From contig JAXFGC010000024.1 in NCBI GenBank assembly GCA_034171505.1, forward strand, positions 7,114 to 71,113: a DNA stretch of 64,000 nucleotides, in the 5' to 3' direction. The first letter of the stretch is position 1, and each line of letters begins with the position of its first letter. Below the pieces are notes generated by a model, which was not told where the DNA came from, did not search any database, and saw only the letters and a list, made by a program, of their open reading frames with translations. Both the position numbers and the translations under genes were made by a program. Positions 27,170 to 35,370 of the stretch are shown here, one piece after another. The stretch is from Candidatus Enteromonas sp. (lineage in GTDB: Bacteria > Bacillota_I > Bacilli_A > RFN20 > CAG-826).

Positions 27170-27305
27170 GGTTCGTTCCTCCGATGAGGTAATTATATCG
27201 ACCAACCACAAACAAAGAAACGCCCATTTTCTTCTTTTTGAATTTTTGGAATTCCCTACCTCTTTGGTATTTACCAAAACCCCTTTCTCAAGGATAATTG
27301 ATGGC

Positions 27306-27611
27306 ATGGAAACAAGGATGGAGCGTTACGCGAAATATCGGGATTCGATTCGTCGAATGACGGAAGAAGATTTCGCCGACGCCCGTTTATCCGCCGCCGA
27401 GAGGGATCGTCTTTCGTCGGCCAAGACTCCCGAAGAGGCTTCTCGAGCTTTTTTGGGGTCCCTTTCCGCCACAACTTCCGTGCCGACCGCGAACCGCGAT
27501 TACCTTAAGTCCAAAAAGAGAATGACGGTTTTAAAGATTTGCGTGGGGGTCATTTTGCTGGCGGGATTTTTGGCTTGGGGGATTTCCTTGTGGATGAGGA
27601 TGCCAAAATGA
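27306..27611 (+). CDS. hypothetical small protein with a C-terminal TM anchor
   Basis: METRMERYAKYRDSIRR... charged N-terminus and the VLKICVGVILLAGFLAWGISLW TM helix. ATGA overlap with cmk. Only the 3' part of listed ORF 26781..27611 is used, because the rest is antisense to the ferredoxin gene. Confidence 0.5.
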   Translation: METRMERYAKYRDSIRRMTEEDFADARLSAAERDRLSSAKTPEEASRAFLGSLSATTSVPTANRDYLKSKKRMTVLKICVGVILLAGFLAWGISLWMRMPK

Positions 27612-28285
27612 AACATGTTTCAATCGCAATCGACGGGCCGGCCGCGGCGGGGAAAAGCACGGTCGCGAAGCTCGTCGCCAAGAAACTCGGTTTCGTCTAT
27701 GTCGACACCGGTGCTATGTATCGGGCTTTCACCTGGTACGTGATTCATAAGGGACTCGATCCCAAAAATGAAGAGGAGAGCTGTTCTTTAATCCCCGAAA
27801 CGGATATCGAACTTCGGGAGGACGGTTCGGTTTTCGTCTGTGGCCACGACGTCACCAAAGCGATTCGTGAACCCGCGGTCTCCTCGAACGTTTCCTATAT
27901 TGCCTCCTATAAAGCTATCCGTCTCGCCTTGATTGAACTTCAACGGAAGATGGGCTCTTCCGCCTGCGTGGTGATGGACGGCAGAGACATCGGTTCCTAC
28001 GTTTTGCCAAACGCCGAGGTGAAAATCTTCCAAATCGCATCCGCGGAGTGCCGCGCGAAACGTCGTTTCTTGGAAAACCAATCCAAAGGCATCCCCACCA
28101 CCTACGAAGAAGTGGTCGCGGATGTCAAAAACCGCGATTACATCGATTCCCATCGGGATTTCGATCCCTTGATGCAGGCGGAAGACGCGGTTGCCCTAGA
28201 TACTTCCGACATGACCATTGATGAGGTCGTGGATGCGATTCTAACGATTGTAAAAGAGAAAACAGGAGTTGTCCCATGCCGTTAG
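27608..28285 (+). CDS. cmk: cytidylate kinase
   Basis: IAIDGPAAAGKSTVAK P-loop, VDTGAMYRA. Confidence 0.9.
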   Translation: MKHVSIAIDGPAAAGKSTVAKLVAKKLGFVYVDTGAMYRAFTWYVIHKGLDPKNEEESCSLIPETDIELREDGSVFVCGHDVTKAIREPAVSSNVSYIASYKAIRLALIELQRKMGSSACVVMDGRDIGSYVLPNAEVKIFQIASAECRAKRRFLENQSKGIPTTYEEVVADVKNRDYIDSHRDFDPLMQAEDAVALDTSDMTIDEVVDAILTIVKEKTGVVPCR

Positions 28286-29580
28286 GACTTGTTGCGTTAG
28301 TGGGTGCCCCCAACGTTGGGAAAAGCACCATATTCAATCGAATTCTCGGACAGCGCCTTTCCATTGTTGAAGATACTCCGGGGATCACCCGTGACCGTTT
28401 ATATGGGGTAGGCGAATGGCTCACCAAACGTTTCCGCGTCGTCGATACCGGGGGAATTGAAATTCGCAAAGCCCCTTTCCGTGAGGAAATCAAAGCCCAG
28501 GTGGAAATCGCCATCGAAGAAGCCGATGTCATCGTTTTCGTTACCGATGGGCAAAAAGGCTTATCAGGGGATGATAAAGCGGTCGCTCGCATGCTTTATT
28601 CGTCGAACAAACCCATCATTTTGGTCGTCAATAAAGTCGATAATCTCCAAATGATCGCGAACGCCCAAGAATTCTTTTCCTTGGGACTTGGCGATCCGTT
28701 CCCCGTTTCGGGGGTCCATGGCATCGGATTCGGCGATTTGCTCGATAAAATCATCTCGATGCTCCCCGAAAAAGAGGAAGAGAACTATGGGGATGCCATT
28801 CCCTTCTCTTTCATTGGGCGCCCAAACGTCGGCAAGAGTTCTTTGACCAACGCAATCCTCGGGGATGAACGAGTCATCGTGAAGGATTTGGCGGGAACGA
28901 CCCGCGATTCCATTGATACCCCCTTTACCCGAGATGGACGGAATTACGTCGCGATCGATACCGCGGGGCTGGTTAAACGTGGAAGAATCTACGAGGCCGT
29001 CGATAAATACGCGGCCATCCGTGCCTTGGGCGCGATCGACCGTTCGCAGGTTGCGGTCCTCGTTTTGGATGCCGAAACCGGAATCCTTGATCAAGACCGG
29101 CACGTCTGCGGCTACGCCCTCGACGCTAAAAAGGCCATCGTGGTGGTCGTCAACAAATGGGACCTTGCCCCGAAGGGACTTGGCCAAGAGCAATTCGTCG
29201 AGGAAATGAAGACTCGATTCAAATTCCTAGACTTTGCCAAAGTCATCTTCGTCTCCGCGAAAACCGGGCGAGGACTGGATAAAATCCTTCCCGCCATTCA
29301 AGAAGCCTATGAATCCGCTTCCCGCCGCGTGCCCACCTCGATCCTGAATCAAATTATCCAGGATGCCCAGAACATGAACCCAACCCCGGAATTCAATCAC
29401 GGACGCCTCAAAGTGTTCTATGCGAACCAAGTCTCCACGAATCCTCCGACCTTCGTCTTTTTCTGCAACGATCCGAAGTTCGCCCACTTCTCGTACACGC
29501 GTTATTTAGAGAACCGTTTACGCGAGACTTTTAACTTCACGGGCACCCCGATTCACATCGTTTACCGAATGAAAAAATAG
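28276..29580 (+). CDS. der: ribosome-associated GTPase Der (EngA)
   Basis: Two GTPase domains (GAPNVGKST / DTGG / NKVD and GRPNVGKSS / DTAG / NKWD) plus a KH-like C-terminus. Confidence 0.95.
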   Translation: MPLGLVALVGAPNVGKSTIFNRILGQRLSIVEDTPGITRDRLYGVGEWLTKRFRVVDTGGIEIRKAPFREEIKAQVEIAIEEADVIVFVTDGQKGLSGDDKAVARMLYSSNKPIILVVNKVDNLQMIANAQEFFSLGLGDPFPVSGVHGIGFGDLLDKIISMLPEKEEENYGDAIPFSFIGRPNVGKSSLTNAILGDERVIVKDLAGTTRDSIDTPFTRDGRNYVAIDTAGLVKRGRIYEAVDKYAAIRALGAIDRSQVAVLVLDAETGILDQDRHVCGYALDAKKAIVVVVNKWDLAPKGLGQEQFVEEMKTRFKFLDFAKVIFVSAKTGRGLDKILPAIQEAYESASRRVPTSILNQIIQDAQNMNPTPEFNHGRLKVFYANQVSTNPPTFVFFCNDPKFAHFSYTRYLENRLRETFNFTGTPIHIVYRMKK

Positions 29581-29586
29581 GTCGAA

Positions 29587-29697
29587 ATTTTCATGAAAAT
29601 GGATTTGGCCAAAAAATTCGCATCCATCGATGGTTTTGTTCATTTCCTTCAAAAATGTAAGCGTTTTCATTGAAAATGCCTTTTTTCGTTGAAAATG
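29587..29697. repeat. three palindromic repeats TTTTC-N2-3-GAAAATG upstream of hup
   Basis: 29587-29600 ATTTTCATGAAAAT, 29664-29676 TTTTCATTGAAAA, 29683-29695 TTTTCGTTGAAAA. Each is followed by TG(G/C). Confidence 0.7.
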
Positions 29698-29699
29698 GT

Positions 29700-29728
29700 T
29701 TGCAAAGCCTATTTTCACGTCATATATT
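29700..29728 (+). promoter_or_regulatory. hup promoter (-35 TTGCAA, 17-nt spacer, -10 TATATT)
   Basis: Hexamers at 29700-29705 and 29723-29728, about 35 nt before the hup ATG, which has a GGAGGAA SD. Confidence 0.5.
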
Positions 29729-29763
29729 ACAAATGTTCATCGTAATTTAGGAGGAATCATCCC

Positions 29764-30039
29764 ATGAACAAAGCAGACCTTATTAGCGCCATCGCCGAAA
29801 AGGGCGTTCTCTCCCGTCGTGATGCGGAAGCTGCGATTGACGAAGCTCTTGAAATCATCAAAGATGCTCTCGTCCGTGGGGAAGACGTCAAGCTCTCGGG
29901 CTTTGGCATTTTCTCGAAGAAGGATCGTGCCGAACGCATTGGCACCAATCCGTCCACCCGCGAAACGATTCGCATTGCCGCTTCGAAATCCGTTTCTTTC
30001 AAACCTTCCAAGAATTTGAAGGAAGAACTCAATAAGTAA
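29764..30039 (+). CDS. hup: DNA-binding protein HU
   Basis: MNKADLISAIAEK...GFGIFSKKDRAERIGTNPSTRE..I...K..SFKPSK is a classical HU/IHF fold sequence. Confidence 0.95.
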   Translation: MNKADLISAIAEKGVLSRRDAEAAIDEALEIIKDALVRGEDVKLSGFGIFSKKDRAERIGTNPSTRETIRIAASKSVSFKPSKNLKEELNK

Positions 30040-30060
30040 TTTCTCTTGTTGAGGCAAAGA

Positions 30061-30086
30061 GGGTTCCAATCGGAGCCCTTTTTTCT
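30061..30086 (+). terminator. intrinsic terminator of hup
   Basis: GGGTTCC-AATC-GGAGCCC stem (one G-U) followed by TTTTTT. Confidence 0.6.
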
Positions 30087-30111
30087 TCTCTATTTATGCT
30101 AGAATACCGGC

Positions 30112-30729
30112 ATGGACTTGCCCTTGCTTTTCCTTCGTTACGCGGAAATCTTCGCCTCGAAAGGATATACCTTATATATGATCGGCGGCACCAGCCGAGA
30201 TTTCTTGCTTGGGAAAGAGCCCGCGGATTATGATTTCGTCACCGATGCGACTCCCAAGGAAATCTCTTCCTTCCTGGTCGCCGCGGACTTCGCCTTCGCG
30301 CGGTTTGGAACGGTGAAAGACGTTTCCTTCGGGGTGGATGTCGATATCGCGACCTTTCGCAAAGAAGGGGGTTACACCGATTCGCGGCATCCCTCCTTCA
30401 TCGAGTTCATCAAAGACCCAAAAGAGGATTCGAATCGACGAGACTTCACGATTAACGCGCTTTATATCGATAAAGACTCCAACATCCTCGATTTCCATCA
30501 TGGGCTCGAGGATTTGCGAAACGGAATCATTCGCTTCATCGGGGATCCCCAAACCCGAATCAAGGAAGACCCCTTGCGCATCCTTCGCGCGGAGCGATTC
30601 GTCGATCGGTTGCACTTCCAACTTGAAGAAGAAACCAAAAAGGCGATGGAAGAACATTACGAACTCCTTCGCCTCCTCAACCCCCAAAAAGTAGAAATGG
30701 AAAGGAAAAAAGACACCAATGTCCGCTAG
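30112..30729 (+). CDS. class II (CCA/poly(A)-polymerase family) nucleotidyltransferase, head and neck domains only (205 aa)
   Basis: Motif A IGGTSRDFLLGKEPADYDF, VDVDIATFRKE, motif B RRDFTINAL, motif D EDPLRILRAERF. The ORF ends about 30 aa after motif D, and dnaD overlaps its 3' end. Confidence 0.75.
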   Translation: MDLPLLFLRYAEIFASKGYTLYMIGGTSRDFLLGKEPADYDFVTDATPKEISSFLVAADFAFARFGTVKDVSFGVDVDIATFRKEGGYTDSRHPSFIEFIKDPKEDSNRRDFTINALYIDKDSNILDFHHGLEDLRNGIIRFIGDPQTRIKEDPLRILRAERFVDRLHFQLEEETKKAMEEHYELLRLLNPQKVEMERKKDTNVR

Positions 30730-31390
30730 TATGCCCACGGAAGGATTCGACTTCCATTACTTGCTCCTCGAGTATTACAAAAAACTCGGCATCACCGAGA
30801 ATGAGTTATGCGCCATTTTGATGGTGAACCACTTGCTTAACCAAAAGAACCTTTGGATCACCGCGGACATGCTTTCCATGAAGATGAACTTCAAGACGAA
30901 AGACGCCGATGCCTTATTGGCGAGCCTCGTCCAAAAGAAACTCCTTGAATTCGTCCCGGATACCACGGTCCCCGGAGGATGGAGAACCTCCATCGAGCCG
31001 TTGCGTAAGATCCTTTGGAAGCGTTTTGGGGACGACATGGCCCGCAACAACCAAAACGGATACGACAAACAACGCGCGAAAGACCTTTCCGAAATCTATG
31101 ATTTCTTTGAAAAGAAATTACGGAAGACCCTTTCCCCGTTTGACAAAGACGCAATCAATGATTGGCTGGACGACGGATATCGCGTCGTCCAAATCAAAGA
31201 CGCGTTGGAGGATTGCCTGCTGGAAAACAAGAAAACCGTGAAATCCATCGGCAAGCGCCTCCGTCAAATGCGCGCGGGGGATGACCGCCAAAGAGAAGGC
31301 GTCTCCCCGGTTTCCGAAGATTGGAGCAAGGACCTCGAGGAAACCATTCGCATCGCGAACGTCAAATGGGTGAACGGCAATGAGGATTGA
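30719..31390 (+). CDS. dnaD: DnaD-domain replication initiation / helicase-loading protein
   Basis: Winged-helix N-terminus and a C-terminal DnaD-like repeat (..LSPFDKDAINDWLDD..). Lies directly upstream of nth, as in B. subtilis. Confidence 0.65.
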   Translation: MSASMPTEGFDFHYLLLEYYKKLGITENELCAILMVNHLLNQKNLWITADMLSMKMNFKTKDADALLASLVQKKLLEFVPDTTVPGGWRTSIEPLRKILWKRFGDDMARNNQNGYDKQRAKDLSEIYDFFEKKLRKTLSPFDKDAINDWLDDGYRVVQIKDALEDCLLENKKTVKSIGKRLRQMRAGDDRQREGVSPVSEDWSKDLEETIRIANVKWVNGNED

Positions 31391-32027
31391 TCCCTCTTTC
31401 TTTTCTTCTTATTTAGAGGAAACGTTTCCGGACGCGAAATGTTCCCTTCATTTTTCTTCTCCTTTTGAAGCCTTGGTGGCCGTCATGTTAAGCGCCCAAA
31501 CAACGGATGCTTCCGTGAATAAAGTGACTCCTGCTTTATTCGCCAAATTCCCGACCCCTTTCGAACTGTCCAAAGCCAGCCAAAAAGAAGTGGAGGCTTA
31601 CATCCAAAGCCTTGGTTTATTCCATAACAAAGCAAAGAACCTGATTGCTCTTTCGAAGGTCCTCGTGGAGCAATTTAAGGGGGACGTCCCTTCGTCTTTC
31701 GATGATTTGGTGAGCCTTCCTGGAGTAGGGGTGAAGACTGCTAATGTAGTCTCCGCGGAGTGTTTCGCCCGTCCTTCGATTCCCGTGGATACCCATGTGG
31801 GACGCGTATCCAAACGGGTGGGATACGCCAAAAAGGATGACGAACCTGTGGCCGTGGAAAAGAAGCTTGAGAAGATATTTCCCAAAGAATCTTGGATTCC
31901 CTTGCACCATCGAATCATCGCTTTTGGGCGGGAAATTTGCCATGCCCAAAAACCCGAATGCGATTGGTGCGGTTTCCATTCCGTTTGCCCTTACAAGGCA
32001 AAGGCTTTGACCAAAGCAGGCAAGTAA
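31380..32027 (+). CDS. nth: endonuclease III
   Basis: LSAQTTDASVNKV, HhH-GPD LPGVGVKTANVV, D-T-H, and the C-terminal 4Fe-4S motif CHAQKPECDWCGFHSVC. Confidence 0.9.
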   Translation: MRIDPSFFSSYLEETFPDAKCSLHFSSPFEALVAVMLSAQTTDASVNKVTPALFAKFPTPFELSKASQKEVEAYIQSLGLFHNKAKNLIALSKVLVEQFKGDVPSSFDDLVSLPGVGVKTANVVSAECFARPSIPVDTHVGRVSKRVGYAKKDDEPVAVEKKLEKIFPKESWIPLHHRIIAFGREICHAQKPECDWCGFHSVCPYKAKALTKAGK

Positions 32028-32611
32028 TTGATCGGGGGCAGATAACTCTCTTCGATGAGGATGCCCTCTTTTTCAATCGTGGAGTAAGGAATACTTGCGC
32101 GAGGTTTTTCGCGATAAAACGCGGTGATGAATTTCGCGGGCAAAAGAAAGGTTTTCTGATGGGCCACGAAATGAACGAGGAAGAAGGCGATGCCCCCGTG
32201 CTCCATCACTTTTTCGAGGTGATCGATTTGTTGCAAGGGGATGTTCGCTAACGGGAACGCGGTCTTGTTTCTCGTCTCTTTTGCTTCAAAATCGATATAG
32301 TGTCCTTCGTAAACACCGTTATAGTCGGTCGTGGATTGCTTCTCGTAAAAGGCGCTCGTAATCTTCGGGCCGTGGTTATAGTCAACCTTGACGACGCGGA
32401 TTGGGGTCGGGCGTTTGGTGATGATACATAAGCCCTTTTCGCGGTAGTACTCGTTGCTGCGGTTGATGGCCTCTTCAAAAGCGATGCCGCGGTTTCCAGG
32501 GGCGACTTTGCAGAGGGTTTTGACCGATTTTGGCTTCTTGGATTTCTCTTTCTTCAGAAGAGGGGAAGAGGTATCGCAAGGTTTCACTCCGGGAGGATAA
32601 TGCACGGTCAT
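31991..32611 (-). CDS. recU: Holliday junction resolvase RecU
   Basis: GIAFEEAIN.SN.YY, ..DYNGVYEGHYIDFEAKET.. catalytic region. The 3' end overlaps the nth 3' end by 37 nt. Confidence 0.9.
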   Translation of the reverse strand: MTVHYPPGVKPCDTSSPLLKKEKSKKPKSVKTLCKVAPGNRGIAFEEAINRSNEYYREKGLCIITKRPTPIRVVKVDYNHGPKITSAFYEKQSTTDYNGVYEGHYIDFEAKETRNKTAFPLANIPLQQIDHLEKVMEHGGIAFFLVHFVAHQKTFLLPAKFITAFYREKPRASIPYSTIEKEGILIEESYLPPINYLPALVKAFAL

Positions 32612-33333
32612 TTGAGATCGGTCTCCAACATGGCGTCGAAGTCTTCTTTGCTCACGGTTCCTTTTTCGTTTAGCTGCCGAATCATCGCGCGAAGAGGGGC
32701 GGGAATCTTATGGGCGCGCGATAACGTCGCGGCGTATTCGCGTTTCAAAATATCCTTTTTCTCGAGCATCGCTTCATAAAGAAGCATGAGGTTGTACGCA
32801 TCGCTTAAGGCATCATGAGCCTTTCCTTTAAAGGAAATACCAAAGAGTTCGCAGGCGCCTTCCAAGGAAAGCATGTTGTCCGATTCGCTTCGCACATAGT
32901 TAGAGAAAAAGGAACCAAAATCAAAGACTTTATGGGAAATTGCGGTTGCCAGTTCTTCGTCTGCATCCATGTTGTTGTCGCTTGAGGCGATGAACATCCC
33001 CGCGTCCTGATTGCCATAAGAGAAGAAGAGGATGGATTTGAAATCCCTCCCAATGTATTTGACGAGATCTTTCAGCATTTGACGGAAGGGAATTCCGTCT
33101 TTCCGTAATTTGGCTTCGGTGATGCCCGTTAACTTGGTGACGTAAAACCCGATGGGGTGCTTCGCTTTCACGTAGGCTTGAAACGGCTTGTAGACTTTCT
33201 TGATGGTTCCATCGGGGCGAAGGGAGGCTTTATAGGCTCCGATTTCGATGATTTCGTGGGAGATTTGTGTTCCTTCCAAATCGAAGAAGCAGATGGTGTT
33301 TCTTCCTTTTAAGATGCGGTCGAGTTCTTTCAT
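32608..33333 (-). CDS. DEDDh-type 3'-5' exonuclease (DnaQ/KapD-like)
   Basis: Exo I FFDLEGT, EIIEIGA, Exo III HDALSDAYN. The stop overlaps the recU start (ATGA). Confidence 0.7.
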   Translation of the reverse strand: MKELDRILKGRNTICFFDLEGTQISHEIIEIGAYKASLRPDGTIKKVYKPFQAYVKAKHPIGFYVTKLTGITEAKLRKDGIPFRQMLKDLVKYIGRDFKSILFFSYGNQDAGMFIASSDNNMDADEELATAISHKVFDFGSFFSNYVRSESDNMLSLEGACELFGISFKGKAHDALSDAYNLMLLYEAMLEKKDILKREYAATLSRAHKIPAPLRAMIRQLNEKGTVSKEDFDAMLETDLK

Positions 33334-33477
33334 GAGACGCCAAATTATACTTCGAAACCTTTTTCTTTAGGAGGGGGATAGTGGAGAGAAAACAAACTCG
33401 GGAAAATTATCGTTTTTTCGTCTTCCTTTCGTTGTGCATTATAGTCGGATTGGATATAATCCAATGCGAGGAATTTT

Positions 33478-33840
33478 ATGGACGATAAATCTTTGAATCT
33501 CTCCCCCAAGCTGATTTTGGCCAAAGTCTTTCCCGGCAACGTCAAAGGGTACGACCCCGACGAAGTGGATCGCTTCTTGGACCTCATCGTGCAGGATTAC
33601 CGGCATTATGAGAAGTACACCCAAGACTCGACCGCTTACATCCAAAGCCTCGAAACCACGATCGCCAAACTCCAGGAAGAGATCCAGAAGAAGGACATAG
33701 AACTCGCAAGAGCCAACAATCAACTCCGCGGTGTCGCATCTCGAGGCGTCAACAAGTCGAATATTGATTTGATTCAATACATCGACGTGCTTGAACGCGC
33801 CCTCTACGCCCGGGGAATTGATCCCAGTTCCTTGAAATAA
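33478..33840 (+). CDS. gpsB: DivIVA-domain protein, GpsB-like
   Basis: F...VKGYDPDEVDRFLDLIVQDY DivIVA N-terminal domain plus a coiled coil. Sits immediately upstream of rnpB, as gpsB (ypsB) does in B. subtilis. Confidence 0.7.
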   Translation: MDDKSLNLSPKLILAKVFPGNVKGYDPDEVDRFLDLIVQDYRHYEKYTQDSTAYIQSLETTIAKLQEEIQKKDIELARANNQLRGVASRGVNKSNIDLIQYIDVLERALYARGIDPSSLK

Positions 33841-34168
33841 ATCCGGCCCAGATGGCTGCTCCGAAAGGAGAGGAAAGTCCATGCTCGCACCGCCTGTGAT
33901 GGCGGTAGTGATTGCGGTGGGGGAAGCAATAACCCCACGTGCGGTAGCGCGCAACGGAAGGCGATTGACCCCCGTGGCCAAGAGCCCCTAAACGTACCAC
34001 AGAGACGAGCTTGATGGCGACATCAAGATGAAACGAGGTAAGCCCCGCAAGCGAGAAACCCAAATTTGGTAGGGGAAGCACCCAAGACGAAACGAAGTTG
34101 AGGGGGCCAGAGCGATCTGAGACAAATTGCCATCCGCGACAAAACATGGCTTATCGGGCCGGATGCTA
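33841..34168 (+). ncRNA. rnpB: RNase P RNA
   Basis: P1 pairing ATCCGGCCC (33841-33849) with GGGCCGGAT (34156-34164). Universal GAGGAAAGTCC (33868-33878). ..AAACCCAAATTTGGTAGGGG.. and ACAAAACATGGCTTA conserved regions. Ends are approximate. Confidence 0.9.
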
Positions 34169-34185
34169 TTCTTTTTTGGAGAGTT

Positions 34186-34839
34186 ATGAAAACAAAAGTG
34201 AATTTGCCCACCAAAATCACCATCACGCGCATCGCGCTCGTCGCTGCGTTACTGGTCCTTTTGTTTGTCTTTGAAATCCTTGGCCAAAATGGTTATCAAG
34301 GCATCGTCCTCGGAGATTCGGGCATCTCTTTGATTCACCTTATTGCCTGCGTTGTGTTTGTGATTGCCAGCGCGACCGATGCGTTAGACGGCTATTTGGC
34401 CCGCAAATGGCACCAGGTCACCAATCTGGGCAAGTTTCTCGATCCCATCGCGGATAAGATGCTCGTCAATTCTCTGTTCATCTTCCTTTGTGTCCCCTCC
34501 TCTTTTGCCCCCGATCAAATGGTGGTCCCCGTGTTTTGCGTCATCCTCATGGTCCTCCGCGACCTCGTGGTGGACACGATGCGCTTTGTGGCCGCGAGCA
34601 AAGGGCAGGTGGTGGCCGCGAATATCTTCGGCAAGCTCAAAACCGTCTTCCAGATGGTGACCATTCCCTTGGTTTTACTCAACGGCTGGCCGTTCTCTTT
34701 GTTTGATTCGTCTTGGGGGATGTTCGACATCACCCATTTGTTTATTTATCTAGCGACCTCGATGTCATTGGTAAGCGGGGTCATCTACGTAGTTCAAAAT
34801 CGCCATGTATTGGTCAGCAAGGAGGAAACGCATGACTAA
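34186..34839 (+). CDS. pgsA: CDP-diacylglycerol--glycerol-3-phosphate 3-phosphatidyltransferase
   Basis: CDP-alcohol phosphatidyltransferase motif DALDGYLARKWHQVTNLGKFLDPIADK. Confidence 0.9.
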   Translation: MKTKVNLPTKITITRIALVAALLVLLFVFEILGQNGYQGIVLGDSGISLIHLIACVVFVIASATDALDGYLARKWHQVTNLGKFLDPIADKMLVNSLFIFLCVPSSFAPDQMVVPVFCVILMVLRDLVVDTMRFVAASKGQVVAANIFGKLKTVFQMVTIPLVLLNGWPFSLFDSSWGMFDITHLFIYLATSMSLVSGVIYVVQNRHVLVSKEETHD

Positions 34840-35311
34840 TCTCGAAAATCTATTAGCGACCCTTTCATCGAAAGGATTGACCCTTGGCTCGGCGGAAAGC
34901 TTGACCGGTGGGCTCTTTGGTTCCACCGTCTGCTCCATCCCCGGGGCGAGCGCAGTCTATAAAGGCGGGGTCGTTGCCTATTCGGCGGAAGTCAAACAAA
35001 AAGTCCTTCACGTCTCCGAAAGCGCGATTGCCGAACTCGGGGTCGTCTCCGCCGAAGTCGCCAAACAAATGGCGGTCGGTGGGAAAGACGTCCTGAATGT
35101 CGACATTTGCGTATCCTGCACCGGGAACGCCGGCCCAAGTGCGGAACCGGGCAAGGCGCCCGTGGGTCGCGTCTACCTTGGCGTATGCTACGCGGGATCC
35201 GTTTGGACGATTCCGATGGATTTTACCGGCGACCGCAATAACATTCGAAAAAAGACGGTGGATGCGATGGTTTCCTTCGTTTCCTCCCTCTTCCCAAATG
35301 TTGCGGCTTAA
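34832..35311 (+). CDS. cinA: CinA C-terminal-domain protein (nicotinamide-nucleotide amidase PncC-like)
   Basis: LGSAESLTGGLF..., GVVAYS...K. AAGGAGGAA SD. ATGACTAA overlap with pgsA. Sits in the pgsA-cinA-recA order. Confidence 0.85.
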   Translation: MTNLENLLATLSSKGLTLGSAESLTGGLFGSTVCSIPGASAVYKGGVVAYSAEVKQKVLHVSESAIAELGVVSAEVAKQMAVGGKDVLNVDICVSCTGNAGPSAEPGKAPVGRVYLGVCYAGSVWTIPMDFTGDRNNIRKKTVDAMVSFVSSLFPNVAA

Positions 35312-35370
35312 ATTTTTTACAAACAAACCATCCGCTTTTCGGAAATAAGTAATGGTAGGAGGCATCCAAA

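Noticed and set aside
26781-27305. The N-terminal 175 codons of listed ORF 26781..27611.
   Set aside because: This part overlaps the ribU 3' end, the bidirectional terminator and the whole ferredoxin gene in antisense. Only the 3' part, from ATG 27306, is retained as a plausible gene.
29587-29600. Calling the hup-upstream palindromes canonical CodY boxes.
   Set aside because: The CodY consensus AATTTTCWGAAAATT has one central nucleotide, whereas these have two or three. I report them as an unassigned repeat family instead.
29708-29723. parS candidates: ATTTTCACGTCATATA (11/16 match to TGTTTCACGTGAAACA) and the GTTGGTTTCGTGAAAATCGAAACCAAC hairpin at 6531-6557.
   Set aside because: Too many mismatches in the conserved CACGTG core and arms. 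The second lacks the CA of CACGTG. No acceptable parS was seen by eye anywhere in the window.
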